A stretch of DNA of 64,000 nt from Candidatus Latescibacterota bacterium. Lineage in GTDB: Bacteria > Latescibacterota > UBA2968 > UBA8231. A model generated the notes under the pieces. It made no database searches, had not been told where the DNA came from, and saw only the letters and a list, made by a program, of their open reading frames with translations. How positions within the stretch are numbered: position 1 is the first letter of the stretch; the number at the start of each line of letters is the position of its first letter. The stretch spans positions 2,272,001 to 2,336,000 of the forward strand of contig OZ242214.1 in the NCBI GenBank assembly GCA_965206595.1, read 5' to 3'. The position numbers and the translations under genes are program-made. Positions 46,711 to 57,389 of this stretch are shown piece after piece.

Positions 46711-47322
46711 TTGCGCTGGCTCCTCCCCCTCCTGATCTGCCTCCCCCTAGCGGTCCGGGGCGGCGAATGGCAGGTCGACAAGAAGGCCCGGGACAACCAG
46801 GTCAAGTTCACCTCGAGGGTGACGGCCTTCACCTTTTCCGGCGTCACCGATCAGATCGACGGCTTCCTCTACTGGGACGGGGACTCCCTTTTCACGCCGA
46901 AAACCCAATTCCATTTCGAGGTGAACCTCGCCGGCTTCGACACCGGCATCGGCAAACGGGACCGCGACATGCGCGAGGTGCTCGACACGGAGAAGTGGTC
47001 CAAGGCAGTATACAAAGGGGAGATCGCCGAACACGCCGCGGTCGATTCCACCGTGACCGCATATCGAGTAAAGACGAAGGGGACGCTGTCGCTGCACGGG
47101 ATCGACCGCGCCATTGAGGTGCCCGGAACCGTGGTTGTCGAAGAGGGGCGCTCCAGGATCGAAGCCGCCTTCACCCTGAAGCTGGCCGACTACGAGATCG
47201 AGGCCCCCTCCCTGGCCGCCTTCGTCAAGGTGAGCCAGGAAATTGCCCTCGAGGTCTTGGTTTACCTGAAGCACCTGGCCCCGGTGGAAGACTCGCAGGG
47301 GACGGAAGGAGCTGATCGATGA
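46711..47322 (+). CDS. YceI-family lipid/polyisoprenoid-binding protein
   Basis: Signal peptide; 'FDTGIGKRDRDM', 'GTLSLHGIDR', 'LADYEI'. Confidence 0.88.
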   Translation: MRWLLPLLICLPLAVRGGEWQVDKKARDNQVKFTSRVTAFTFSGVTDQIDGFLYWDGDSLFTPKTQFHFEVNLAGFDTGIGKRDRDMREVLDTEKWSKAVYKGEIAEHAAVDSTVTAYRVKTKGTLSLHGIDRAIEVPGTVVVEEGRSRIEAAFTLKLADYEIEAPSLAAFVKVSQEIALEVLVYLKHLAPVEDSQGTEGADR

Positions 47323-48188
47323 GAATTCGCGCCTCTTTGCCGGCAGCCGTTCTCGTACTGGTGCCCGCTCTTGCCGGGGCCCAGCCGTCGTGGCAGGCGA
47401 TCGCGCCGCCCGAGACCCGGCTGGAGCTGTTCACCGCCCTCAGGACGGCCAACTACCCGACCGCGGAAACCCTCTACCGGGGGGACTTCCACTACGAGAT
47501 ATCCCACCGCTTCCTGCCGACCATCGACCAGGGATACGAGGCCGGCTTCGGCTTCGACGGGCCGGCAAACATCCGCACCACGGTCAGCTACGGCCTGCAC
47601 GACAGGCTGATGATGACGCTCGGGCGCAGCAGCCTGCAGGACAATCTCGACCTGCAGCTGCGGTATCGCTGGCTGCAGTTCCGCCACATGCGCTTCCCAT
47701 CGGTCGTCGCCCTGAATGCAGGCGCCGCCTGGAACACCGACATCCCCGCCATCGTCGACCGGGGGGCGGCCGCGGCCGAGAACTTCCAGTACTACGGGCA
47801 GATGATTTTCAATACGATGATGGACGACAAGCTCGGGGTGGGGCTGGTGCCTTCCTTCCTCTACAACAGCGCCATCTTCAGCGTCGATCCCCAGTTCACC
47901 GGCACCCTGGGAATCTACGTCCACTACCTCATCAACCACACCTGGGGGATCTGGGTGGAGTACAGCCCGGCGCTGATGGGGTACCAGGGCATCCTGTCGC
48001 CGGGCGAGAGCGGGCGCTCGCACAACTCCCTGGCCTGGGGCCTCTCCATCGACACGGGAGGGCACACCTTCTACGTGTTCGTCACCAACAACACGCGTTT
48101 AAGTCCGTCCCAATACCTCGTGGGGGCGCCCTACGGCGCGGCCCCGGACAACTGGCGCACCGGCTTCGGAATCACGCGGTTCCTGTAG
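47319..48188 (+). CDS. DUF5777-like outer-membrane beta-barrel protein
   Basis: 'ISHRF', 'FGFDG.ANIR', 'IDTGGHTF…TN', terminal 'GFGITRF'. Confidence 0.8.
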   Translation: MRIRASLPAAVLVLVPALAGAQPSWQAIAPPETRLELFTALRTANYPTAETLYRGDFHYEISHRFLPTIDQGYEAGFGFDGPANIRTTVSYGLHDRLMMTLGRSSLQDNLDLQLRYRWLQFRHMRFPSVVALNAGAAWNTDIPAIVDRGAAAAENFQYYGQMIFNTMMDDKLGVGLVPSFLYNSAIFSVDPQFTGTLGIYVHYLINHTWGIWVEYSPALMGYQGILSPGESGRSHNSLAWGLSIDTGGHTFYVFVTNNTRLSPSQYLVGAPYGAAPDNWRTGFGITRFL

Positions 48189-48259
48189 GGAGGGAAGGAT
48201 GAACATGGCCGAAGCCGTACCCGGCCTCGTTTTTCTTGTATACCTGAGGAGCGATTACA

Positions 48260-49321
48260 ATGAGAGTCTTCAGCATTGGGGCGGATGGTGCGTTTACCGA
48301 GTACGAACGGCTACCATTCGAGGCCGATCATGAAGAAGCCGTCCTTGAAGAGTGGCTGGAGTTCAACCCTGACGGCATCCTGGCAGAAGGGCGCATCCTG
48401 ATCATCGGGCGTCAGGTTCAGACCGACATGGGGGGATACATCGATCTGCTCGGCGTAGACCGGGAGGGAAGCGTGGTCGTCGTGGAGTTGAAGCGTGACC
48501 GCACGCCGCGGGACGCGGTTGCTCAGGCGCTGGAATACGCTGCCTTCGCCGAACGGCTGGACGTCGACGCGCTGGAGGTCATCTTCAGGCAGTACCAAAA
48601 CGAGTCACTCGGCCTCGCCGATCACCACCGGGAGTACTTTGAGCTGGAGGAAGGGGAAGCCGTAGCGTTCAACAAGGATCAACGCATGGTAATCGTTGGC
48701 CAGCGGGTGACCCCCGAGATCAGGCAGACCGCAACGTTTTTGGGTTCGAAAGGGGTCAGGGTTACGTGCGTCGAATTCACCTTCTTTCAAACACACGAAG
48801 GCAGTCGTCTGCTGTCTCAAGAAATCGTCGTCGACAAAGAACACGCAAAGCCGCGCCGGGTGGTTTCCGCCTCTCTACCGGTCGTTACGGAAGCCGAATT
48901 TATAGAGTCCTGTGACGAACATGGCAAGGCCGTCTTTTCTCGTATCCTCGACTTGGCGAAGACCAAATCCATGTCCATCAACTGGGGAACCAAAGGCTTC
49001 TCGGTAGGTGTCGAGGTCGATGAAACGCGGGTTGTCATTTGTTACATCTATCCGCCCGACTCGGTGTACAAGCAGACATTCCGCACCGCACTGCGCGACC
49101 GCGGAGGCGTCGAAAGAAAGACCGCGACGCCCGATGATGTTGTCGAATCTCTTTGGAAACAGGCCGACGATACGGGGTTGTTTACCCCTGCCGGTCGAGA
49201 TCTCAAGTGTACCATCAACCGGACGTTAAACCACCACGAAATAGACGCGCTTGTTGCGTGGTGCGAGTCCGTAGAGAAGGCAGTCGTCAAGCACGGGCTC
49301 AAAGCGTATCTCGGGCAGTAA
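48260..49321 (+). CDS. NucS/EndoMS-like (DUF91) PD-(D/E)XK endonuclease domain protein
   Basis: 'IIGRQV.T..GG.IDLLGVD..G.VVVVELKR…AQALEYA'. Confidence 0.8.
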   Translation: MRVFSIGADGAFTEYERLPFEADHEEAVLEEWLEFNPDGILAEGRILIIGRQVQTDMGGYIDLLGVDREGSVVVVELKRDRTPRDAVAQALEYAAFAERLDVDALEVIFRQYQNESLGLADHHREYFELEEGEAVAFNKDQRMVIVGQRVTPEIRQTATFLGSKGVRVTCVEFTFFQTHEGSRLLSQEIVVDKEHAKPRRVVSASLPVVTEAEFIESCDEHGKAVFSRILDLAKTKSMSINWGTKGFSVGVEVDETRVVICYIYPPDSVYKQTFRTALRDRGGVERKTATPDDVVESLWKQADDTGLFTPAGRDLKCTINRTLNHHEIDALVAWCESVEKAVVKHGLKAYLGQ

Positions 49322-49665
49322 TGATGGATTGACCGGCGCCAGCTATGGTGGGACAATCCCATTTATGGGCGGGGTGAGAGGATGCGAAGAAAGCGCGGGA
49401 GCAGCCGATATCTACGACGTTTCACTGGGAAGTGAGTCGAAGCTCAAGGGGGTACGGAACAGTCGCAAGGGATTCCCACGACTTTTTTCAGAGTTCCGAA
49501 CGACAGGCAACCCTGCTGAGATGGCGGTGTGATTGCGAGACAAGACGAAGGTTCCCCGAGGTCCGGGCGATCCGCATCGCTTTCCCAGTTAAATTCGAGA
49601 TCAGGTAGGAAGTTGAAGGGGCCTTCTGGAAGTCTGATCTTCTCGATTCGTCCCCATGGAAAATC

Positions 49666-50850
49666 ATGCTGACCTCAGAGCAATTACTGGCGTTGATGGC
49701 CGACGGTGAATCCGACCGCGTGGAGCTGACTACGTCCACCAGGGACACCGGCAAGTTCGCGGAGGCCATCTGTGCCTTTGCCAACGACTTTCCCAATCAC
49801 CGGCAGCCGGGCTATCTCCTGGTAGGTGTGCAAGACGACGGCATGGCCAGTGGTCTGTCGGTCACTGACAGACTTATGCGGGATCTTGGGGAACTGCGTT
49901 CAAACGTCAACCTCGAACCACTCCCCGTGATGACCGTGCAGAAATACACACTGACAGAAGGGGAAGTAGCCGTGGTGGAGGTGCTGCCATCGGAGCTGCC
50001 TCCCGTCCGCTACAAAGGCAGGGTCTGGATACGGGTCGGGCCTTCCCGGCGCGGGGCGAACCAACAGGAAGAGCGCATTCTCACCGAGAAGCGGACCATG
50101 TTTCAAAGACCCTTCGATGGCCGGCCGTGCCAGGGCTGCACGCTCAACGAACTGGTCCTGGATCTGTTCCTGGTAAGCTACCTTCCGGCGGCGGTGGCTC
50201 GTGACGTTATCGACGAGAACGAGCGAAACACCTCTGAACAAATGGCATCCCTGCGGTTTTACGACCTGACCGCCGACTGTCCGACTAACGCAGCCGCCTT
50301 GCTGTTTGCCAAGAATCCCCTGCACTGGATTCCCGGAGCGTGGGTTCAATTCGTCCGTTGGGCAGGAACGACGATGGCCGACGAACCGATCAGTGACAAG
50401 AGATTCAGCGGCGACTTGCTTACTCTCCTGCGCGAGATCGAAGCGTTCATCTCGGTTCCTGCGCAATCCCATCCGGTGGCGGAATCGGCTCTGCGTGAGC
50501 GGGCTGAGAGCGATTATCCTCCAGTAGCCATTCGAGAGTTGCTGTTGAACGCAATCATGCACCGGTCCTACGAATCAAACGCACCCGTACGGTTTTACTG
50601 GTACGACGACCGCATCGAAATCCAGAATCCGGGGGGCCTGTATGGAATGGCCTCCCCCGAAAACTTCCCGATGCAGACGGATTATCGAAATCCGGTCATA
50701 GCGGAGGCCATGGCGACTTTAGGCTATGTCAACCACTTCGGTCGAGGCGTCATCCGTGCGCAGGATGCCCTGCTGAAAAACGGGAACCCGGAAGCGGAAT
50801 TCACCTTCGAGCCCGCCAACGTGCTGGCTACCATCCGAAGAAAGCCGTGA
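49666..50850 (+). CDS. Schlafen/AlbA_2 domain + HATPase_c_4 protein
   Basis: 'GESDRVE…ICAFAND…GYLLVGVQDDG' followed by 'YP..AIRELLLNAIMHRSY…DRIEIQNPGGL…RNP.IA'. Confidence 0.85.
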   Translation: MLTSEQLLALMADGESDRVELTTSTRDTGKFAEAICAFANDFPNHRQPGYLLVGVQDDGMASGLSVTDRLMRDLGELRSNVNLEPLPVMTVQKYTLTEGEVAVVEVLPSELPPVRYKGRVWIRVGPSRRGANQQEERILTEKRTMFQRPFDGRPCQGCTLNELVLDLFLVSYLPAAVARDVIDENERNTSEQMASLRFYDLTADCPTNAAALLFAKNPLHWIPGAWVQFVRWAGTTMADEPISDKRFSGDLLTLLREIEAFISVPAQSHPVAESALRERAESDYPPVAIRELLLNAIMHRSYESNAPVRFYWYDDRIEIQNPGGLYGMASPENFPMQTDYRNPVIAEAMATLGYVNHFGRGVIRAQDALLKNGNPEAEFTFEPANVLATIRRKP

Positions 50851-51836
50851 AAACCGTCGCTTTCTTCAACAACAAGGGAGGGATCGGCAAAACGACCCTG
50901 GTCTACCACCTCGCCTGGATGTACGCCGACCTCGGTATTTCGGTGGTCGCCGCGGATTTCGACCCGCAGGCAAACCTGAGCGCCATGTTCCTGAGCGACG
51001 ACCGACTCGAGGAGTTGTGGCCCGATGGAGATCATCCGGAAAGTATCCTGGGATCGGTCTCCCCGATTCTTCGCGGTCTCGGTGACATCGACGACCCGTA
51101 CGTAGAGGTAATCCTTGAAAACCTCGGCCTGCTGGTCGGCGACCTGGGTTTGGCTCGATTCGAAGCCAGACTCTCCTCCGCATGGCCCGACTGCATGAGC
51201 CGCGACGAGGCGGCTTTCCGAACCGAGTCCTCTTTTCATCGAGCAATTCTGAAAGCGGTAGAGATCCGGGAAGCCGATCTGGTATTGATCGATGTCGGCC
51301 CCAACCTGGGAGCGATCAACCGCGCGGCCATCATTGCGGCGAACTTCGTCGTCTTCCCGCTTGCCCCGGATCTCTTCTCGCTTCAGGGACTTCGCAACCT
51401 CGGGCCGACTCTGCGCGATTGGCGTAGCGAGTGGCAGGATCGCATGGATCGAGGTCTGGATGACCCGAACCTGCAGCTTCCTTCAGCCGACATGAAGCCG
51501 GCAGGGTATATAGTCATGCAACACGCCGTGCGGTCGGGAAATCCCGTTAAATCATACCAGAGATGGATGACCCGCATTCCCGGCGTCTATCTCAAGGAGG
51601 CCCTCGGGGAAGATGCCCCAGCGGCCTCCTCGACGGATGACGACCCCGAATGCCTGGCCACGCTGAAGCACTATCGCAGCCTGATGCCGATGGCCCAGGA
51701 AGCGCGGAAGCCAATGTTCCTGCTCAAGGCAGCCGATGGCGCTCTCGGTGGTCATATCCACGCCGTGCAGGACTGCTACGCCGACTTCAAGGGACTGGCG
51801 GAATCGATAGCTGACAAGTGCGGAATCCAACGGTAA
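50847..51836 (+). CDS. ParA/Soj-family ATPase (orphan, no parB)
   Basis: FNNKGGIGKTT, DFDPQANL, IDVGPNLGAINR; GTGA overlap with the upstream gene. Confidence 0.9.
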   Translation: MKTVAFFNNKGGIGKTTLVYHLAWMYADLGISVVAADFDPQANLSAMFLSDDRLEELWPDGDHPESILGSVSPILRGLGDIDDPYVEVILENLGLLVGDLGLARFEARLSSAWPDCMSRDEAAFRTESSFHRAILKAVEIREADLVLIDVGPNLGAINRAAIIAANFVVFPLAPDLFSLQGLRNLGPTLRDWRSEWQDRMDRGLDDPNLQLPSADMKPAGYIVMQHAVRSGNPVKSYQRWMTRIPGVYLKEALGEDAPAASSTDDDPECLATLKHYRSLMPMAQEARKPMFLLKAADGALGGHIHAVQDCYADFKGLAESIADKCGIQR

Positions 51837-51940
51837 GGGGACCCAGGCCAAATTGCGTATGTCTTTTCGACGAAGGCGAAGTCGGTAGCGCGTTGTTCTG
51901 ACCTGGCGCAGCTGGATCAAAGGAAGGGGTTCAGACCTGG

Positions 51941-53957
51941 CTAGCTGTCGATGATTCTCCGGCGCCCTCTCTCCAACCTGCGCAGCTCCTCGAGGCATCG
52001 AGGCCTGCGGCTGTTCTGCTGTCTCAAGGCGGCCAGGTACTCTTCCCATTCCCCCTTGCGACGGTTCCGGGTGAGTGCATCCCTGACCTTGCGCAGATAG
52101 GGCACCGACGCCTGATAGCCGCTCGCCTTTACCAGGGCGATATGTTTCTCGGCGATTTCCTTCCAGATTGCCACCGCCCGGTCCGGATGGGGATTCCACG
52201 GCCATGGCCACCTCGTTGCCGTGGGAGAAGTCATACAGCCAGGACGCCCCTTTCTTTCGGCTGGAATGATCGTACCACTTCAGGACCTCGTTCGGCTTCT
52301 TCTCGGCTATGGCCAACTGGATCAGCACCCCGGTCACAGGCGCCTCGGTCGTCCTCGGAGGTGCAGGCACCTCGACTTCACAGGCCGGCAGGGGCCAGTC
52401 CATCCCGGGGTCGCTCTTCCGTCTTCTGCCGGCACCAGGCCGCCGGCCGGTTTCCAGGTAATGCCGCCCCCAGGCCTCGACCCCCTTGCCGATGCGCGCC
52501 TTGCGGGCGGCCCTGCACAAGACCTGGAAACCGGCAAGGCTGGGCTCGGCAAAAAACTCCTCCGCCTGAATGGCCAGCCCGGAGAGAGGATTGCCGCTGC
52601 GCTGGTTGATCGTCTGCAGCTGCCGGCGCAGCCTTGCCTGGAGGCCGGAATACTTGGAGGGAACCGTCTTGATCCCCTGCCGGCACCAGCGCCGGGCATC
52701 CTCCCAGCGGCGCCCGGCCATCAGGCGATCCACCAGGCGATTGTAACTGAAGGTGATCGGCGCCTCGCGCTCGCACAGAGGGATGATCTCCTTCCGGCGG
52801 CCGGCATTTTCCAGGGCGATAATCAGCCAGTTGGCGATGCGGTCCCGACTGACGTGGGACGAAAAATCATCCTCTCGGGGAGTGGGCTCATCGGCTTCGG
52901 GACGCCGCTCCAGACGGTCGCTCACCTCGGACCAATCGCTCCTGGCGTAGCCTTTCTTCCAGAAATTTCCCAGGCCGGCGTCACACAAGTCGTAGGCGTC
53001 GGCCAGCGCCATATCCAGGGCCCATTCTATCCGGTCCGCCGGCGACAGGGCAGTCGCATCCAGGGCCTGGAAAAGGAGATTGAGGCAGGCGCTGATGGCA
53101 TAGCCTGACTCTCCCTCGTGCTCGTACTCCACCGCCCGGGTGCCGGCGGCCAGAAGCTCCGGCCCCAGTCGCACCGCGGCGTCGGCCTGCCCGGCTTCTA
53201 CCAGCGCTTTGAGCGCCGCTTCGAGACGATCCGTACTGGCCGCAGGCACCCCGTAGCCATCGCCTTCCCATACCGGTTCCTCCAGGGCAGCGATCTCGCG
53301 GCGGATCGTTTGCAGGATCTGGTCCGTCTTCCCCGAGGCCAGGTTGCGGCGATCCTCGAGCGATTGGAGCACCTCGTCGTGCGCTTCGGCGAGTTCCATC
53401 ACCAGCGCCACGAGTTCGGCCTTGGTCTGCTTTTGAAGATGCGCGCGCAGGGAAGAGGACCGGGATTGCCCGGGCCTCGAACTCCTTGAACCCGTCTCGA
53501 CGTTCTCTTCCTCCTCTTCCCAGTCTTCCTCGTACTCCTCGATATCGAATTCCTCCAGCTCTCCGAACCCCTCCTCGATCGCATCCAACTGCAGCAGGCG
53601 CGGATCGTCCTCCTCCACCCGCCCGATGGCCGTTTTGTTTTTGATGTTTTCCAGGTATCCCAGCACTACGGCCACCGCGTGTTTGCACGTCGTCCAGTAG
53701 GGACAGGTACATTCGGACTGGAGATTCTTCCTTCCCTCGATGCGCACCCGGGTGGCATAGCGCCGGCTTCCCAGAACCCAGGCGACAAGCGCCCTGTCTT
53801 CGGCGCGCCTCAAATCCTCGACAGCCTGGCTTTCCAGATAGAATTGCCCCCGGGCGACGATGCGATTGCCCGCCCAATTTTCCACATCTTCCCACCTGAG
53901 CGATGAGAAGGGATCAACAGGTTTTTTCGGTTTGGTCTTTTTCTTTCGGGGAGCCAT
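51941..53957 (-). CDS. SWIM zinc-finger protein with helical C-terminus; frameshift near 52190
   Basis: CTCPYWTTCKH. The true C-terminus appears to lie in frame 51941..52234 (HPDRAVAIW…RRPRCLEEL). Confidence 0.75.
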
Positions 53958-53966
53958 CTCGTTCAG

Positions 53967-56900
53967 TTATCCATTCAAAATCGGAGCAAACTTCCCGGTC
54001 TCCACGGGACGCCATTCCCCATTTTCCGAATCACCACTGCCTTCGCACTCTATTCCCATCCAGCAGAGAAGCTCGATTTCCTCTTGCTCGATCGGGGGTA
54101 ATGGCGGCGGCGGTGCTGTTGGTTCGAGTCCGGTTTCGATGATCTGATCGATCAGGAATCGGGAAAGCGAGGCGCCTTCGTGTTCGCCCGATTCGAACCA
54201 CCCCCGCAGCATGATCTCCTCCCGGCGCGGCCAGGGCGACTCCAGAACGTCGAGCGCCCGGTTCACGCGCTCCTCCGGCACATTCAGCGGCTGATATGTG
54301 CGGATGTGCTCGGCCACCCGATGATTCAGCGGCCGCACCGAAGGTTGCAAGTTCGCGGGGTCGGTTTCGCGCATCCAACTGGACCAGATGTCGTATTGGG
54401 CCACTACCCAGAAATCATAAACCGATTCACGGAGCTCATCGGGATACCAGGCCGGCGTTTCCTCATCGCATTCGATGAGTCGAAGACAGGTCCCAAGCTC
54501 GCTCTCGATTTGGTCGCTGCCGGTCTCGGGCCTCCACTCGCCATCTGCCGGAATGAACCGGAGATACGTTCGTTCGAACTCGGTCTCCGCACCCACTACC
54601 GCGCAGAAAAACATGCCGCGTTTTGTTCCCTTGATCATGCCTGATCCGATTTTCCAGGGCAGCCGGGCAATGCGGTCCCGGTTCGCCTCGAGCGCCTTGC
54701 GGAGCGTCTGGCGATACTCCTCGCCCGTCTGAGCGGCGCCAGCGCTTCCTCCTCGCTCGAAAAGCGAGGCGTCTTCCCTCATCAGCTTCTCGATCTCTTC
54801 ACGCGCTTCGGTGAATACCTGCTCACCGTGCGCTCCGCCCTCTATCGGTGCCGCAACTCCCACGCTCGCCGCCGCCAATGCCAGTTTGCCCAGGATCCGT
54901 TTTTCCAGGTTCAGAAGCTCATCGAGGCGGTCGACCGGAAAGATCGTTCGCAGAAAAACCTGGTTGTGGGGACTGCCGATCCTATCGATACGGCCGTGCC
55001 TCTGCACCAGCCGCATCGGATTCCAAGGCATGTCGAAATTGATGATGTGCCGGCATTGCTGAAGGTTTACGCCCTCGGCGAGAACATCCGTCGCGATCAT
55101 GAGGTCGTAGAGATCGGCGTCTTGTCCCGCCGGCGCTTCCATCGAAACCGGCGCGAAGCCCTGGACTGCGCGCTGCCGGGATGGCTCGTCCAAATCCCCC
55201 GAGCCGCTGACCGCGGCTATGCGGTTCCTGTACGGTGCAAGCCCTTCCTGCTCTTCAACTTCCTCCCTCAGGAAGTCCCGAATCCACTCGACAGTGTCGG
55301 CGAAGAACGAGAACACCAGCACCTTGCGTTTTTGCGCTTCGTCGGCGCCATCCGTCGCTTCGCGCTCCGCCTGTTGGGCGACTACAACCAGCGCATCCCT
55401 CAAGGATTTCAGTTTGGGGTCGCGGTCCGGGGTAATCGACCGCGCCTCTTCGGCGAGACGGCGGAGCAGATCGCGGTCCCGCTTCACCGCCTCGCGAAGC
55501 CTGGCGACATCGTAGATCTCCGCATCCCTGCTGTTTTCGGTGGCGTTCAGCAGGTCTTCGAACACGGTTTCGTCGTCACCCGAAATCTCCTGCATGAAGG
55601 CAGTGGTAACGACGTATCCGGCATCCAACGCTTGCAGAAAGGTGTCGTGCTCTCCCGCCATCTTTTCAACGGTTTTGCAGAAAGCGAAGGAGGAGGACTC
55701 GAACCGCTTGAGTAGTCCGGAGCGCAAAAGCCCCACCATGGCCCTTCCGCGCGCATTTTCGGAGTCGTCGCCCTCCTGAAGGCAGGCATCCGGCATGTAC
55801 CGTGCGAAGGAGAGACCTCCATCCCCGTCCGAATCGAGCGCCTCTTCCAACCGATCGAAGAAACCCGGCAACCTGTCTTCAAGCTCGTAGCGGACGCTTA
55901 TCGCCCTGGGCTGGGGAAACACGATCGGCTGGGGCCTGCCGTCCGGGCCGGTGATGGTATCTCCGGCATAGTGCTTTTTGACGAACTGCCGGGTCCGTTT
56001 CACCGTCGTCGCGTCGATGACCGGATAAAGCACATCGGGGCTCAGACTGGAGGGGTCCACCCGCATGGCCTCTTCGAAGCGTTCGCGGATCGAGAGAATG
56101 CCGCGTCCTGCGAGGTGGGCGTCCTGGCGGAGAAAGAAGCGCAGCAGGTGATACAGATCCCACAGCGAGTTGTTGACCGGCGTTGCGGTCAGAAGGAGGA
56201 GGTCCCTCCTGCGCCCGAAGAGCAGGCGGCGCAACACGCCTGCCCGCGTCGGGGCATCGGGGTTCCGGTAATTGTGAGCCTCGTCGACGATGACGAGCTG
56301 ATACTCGTCCAGCGGGCGTTGAAGATGAGCCTGGTCCGCATTCGGACGCTGCCTGTCGCGAAGCTGTATGTCGTTTGCGAGTTGCTCGAAGGACAGGTAT
56401 TCGACATAAAGCTGAAACTCGTTCAGGAACTTCATCCACATCCCATCCCTCAGCGCCGCCGGGCATACGAGCAGCGCCCGCTGCCGCCGTTCCCGGTAGA
56501 GCTGAAGGATTTCGCCGGCGATGAAGGTTTTTCCAAGACCCACTTCGTCTGCGACAATGACCCCTCCGGTATCGCGGATCAGCCGCAGCGCGCGGGCGAC
56601 GCCGTGCTTCTGAAAGCTCGTCAGCGGCAGGTTCTCATCAGCTTTGGCGTCCCCTTCGACTTCATCGCCGTAGAGCTGCCACAGGACCCGGATGAAAATC
56701 TCCCAGGGCGTCCGAGGCTCGAACACGACTTCGAAGAGACCGGCCAAATCGTAGGGCTCGGCCTCTTCCCAGAGATCGTTGAACCAGTTCCTTGCTTCCT
56801 GAACGACCGGGCCGTCATAACGTCCGAGATTGAGTTCCAGGTTTTGAGTCAGGCCGGCGCCCGTCAGGTTGGAGGAGCCGGCGATGATTCCTTCAGGCTT

Positions 56901-57389
56901 GTTTAAGCTGTCGTCCTGGGAGTTGAAGATGTAAGCCTTGGCGTGCAGGAACGCCTTCTCGTAGCGCCTCACTTCCAAATTGCCGGCGCGCAGTGCCGCG
57001 ATCAGCTTGGCCAGCGCCACGCCGTTGGTGCGGTTGAACGGCAGGTGATCCCGATCCCGCGCCAAGCCGTCGGTCATGCTCCGCAAGCCAGCCTCGATCT
57101 GCCTTCGTTCGAACCACTCCTGCGTCTCGTCCAGCCGCTTGCGGTGCTCCAGCGCCCCCGCCGCCAGGTCCGCTCCAAGCAGCAGGCGAACCTCGGGGAT
57201 TTCCTCCAGTTGATCTGCGATATGTGCGAAACCGGTCGGGCTGAAGAAGGCGGTGGCAATGCTTACCTGATCGGGCTTCTCGGTGGGCTCCCCCACCTGG
57301 GACTCGGGCGGAACACCCAGCAGCGAACCCAGGGCCTGTGCCAGGGTGTTGCCGTCACGGTTGTCGATGAAGGAAGGCTGGCGGTTCAT
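53967..57389 (-). CDS. PLD-nuclease + SNF2-family helicase
   Basis: 'IATAFF', HAKAY…GSSNLT (single HKD motif), ADEVGLGKT, DEAHN, TATPVNN, TDVLAEGVNLQ, QRHGRIDRIG. Confidence 0.9.
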   Translation of the reverse strand: MNRQPSFIDNRDGNTLAQALGSLLGVPPESQVGEPTEKPDQVSIATAFFSPTGFAHIADQLEEIPEVRLLLGADLAAGALEHRKRLDETQEWFERRQIEAGLRSMTDGLARDRDHLPFNRTNGVALAKLIAALRAGNLEVRRYEKAFLHAKAYIFNSQDDSLNKPEGIIAGSSNLTGAGLTQNLELNLGRYDGPVVQEARNWFNDLWEEAEPYDLAGLFEVVFEPRTPWEIFIRVLWQLYGDEVEGDAKADENLPLTSFQKHGVARALRLIRDTGGVIVADEVGLGKTFIAGEILQLYRERRQRALLVCPAALRDGMWMKFLNEFQLYVEYLSFEQLANDIQLRDRQRPNADQAHLQRPLDEYQLVIVDEAHNYRNPDAPTRAGVLRRLLFGRRRDLLLLTATPVNNSLWDLYHLLRFFLRQDAHLAGRGILSIRERFEEAMRVDPSSLSPDVLYPVIDATTVKRTRQFVKKHYAGDTITGPDGRPQPIVFPQPRAISVRYELEDRLPGFFDRLEEALDSDGDGGLSFARYMPDACLQEGDDSENARGRAMVGLLRSGLLKRFESSSFAFCKTVEKMAGEHDTFLQALDAGYVVTTAFMQEISGDDETVFEDLLNATENSRDAEIYDVARLREAVKRDRDLLRRLAEEARSITPDRDPKLKSLRDALVVVAQQAEREATDGADEAQKRKVLVFSFFADTVEWIRDFLREEVEEQEGLAPYRNRIAAVSGSGDLDEPSRQRAVQGFAPVSMEAPAGQDADLYDLMIATDVLAEGVNLQQCRHIINFDMPWNPMRLVQRHGRIDRIGSPHNQVFLRTIFPVDRLDELLNLEKRILGKLALAAASVGVAAPIEGGAHGEQVFTEAREEIEKLMREDASLFERGGSAGAAQTGEEYRQTLRKALEANRDRIARLPWKIGSGMIKGTKRGMFFCAVVGAETEFERTYLRFIPADGEWRPETGSDQIESELGTCLRLIECDEETPAWYPDELRESVYDFWVVAQYDIWSSWMRETDPANLQPSVRPLNHRVAEHIRTYQPLNVPEERVNRALDVLESPWPRREEIMLRGWFESGEHEGASLSRFLIDQIIETGLEPTAPPPPLPPIEQEEIELLCWMGIECEGSGDSENGEWRPVETGKFAPILNG

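Noticed and set aside
50847-51836. Plasmid or chromosome partition locus
   Set aside because: No parB, rep gene or parS-like repeats nearby.
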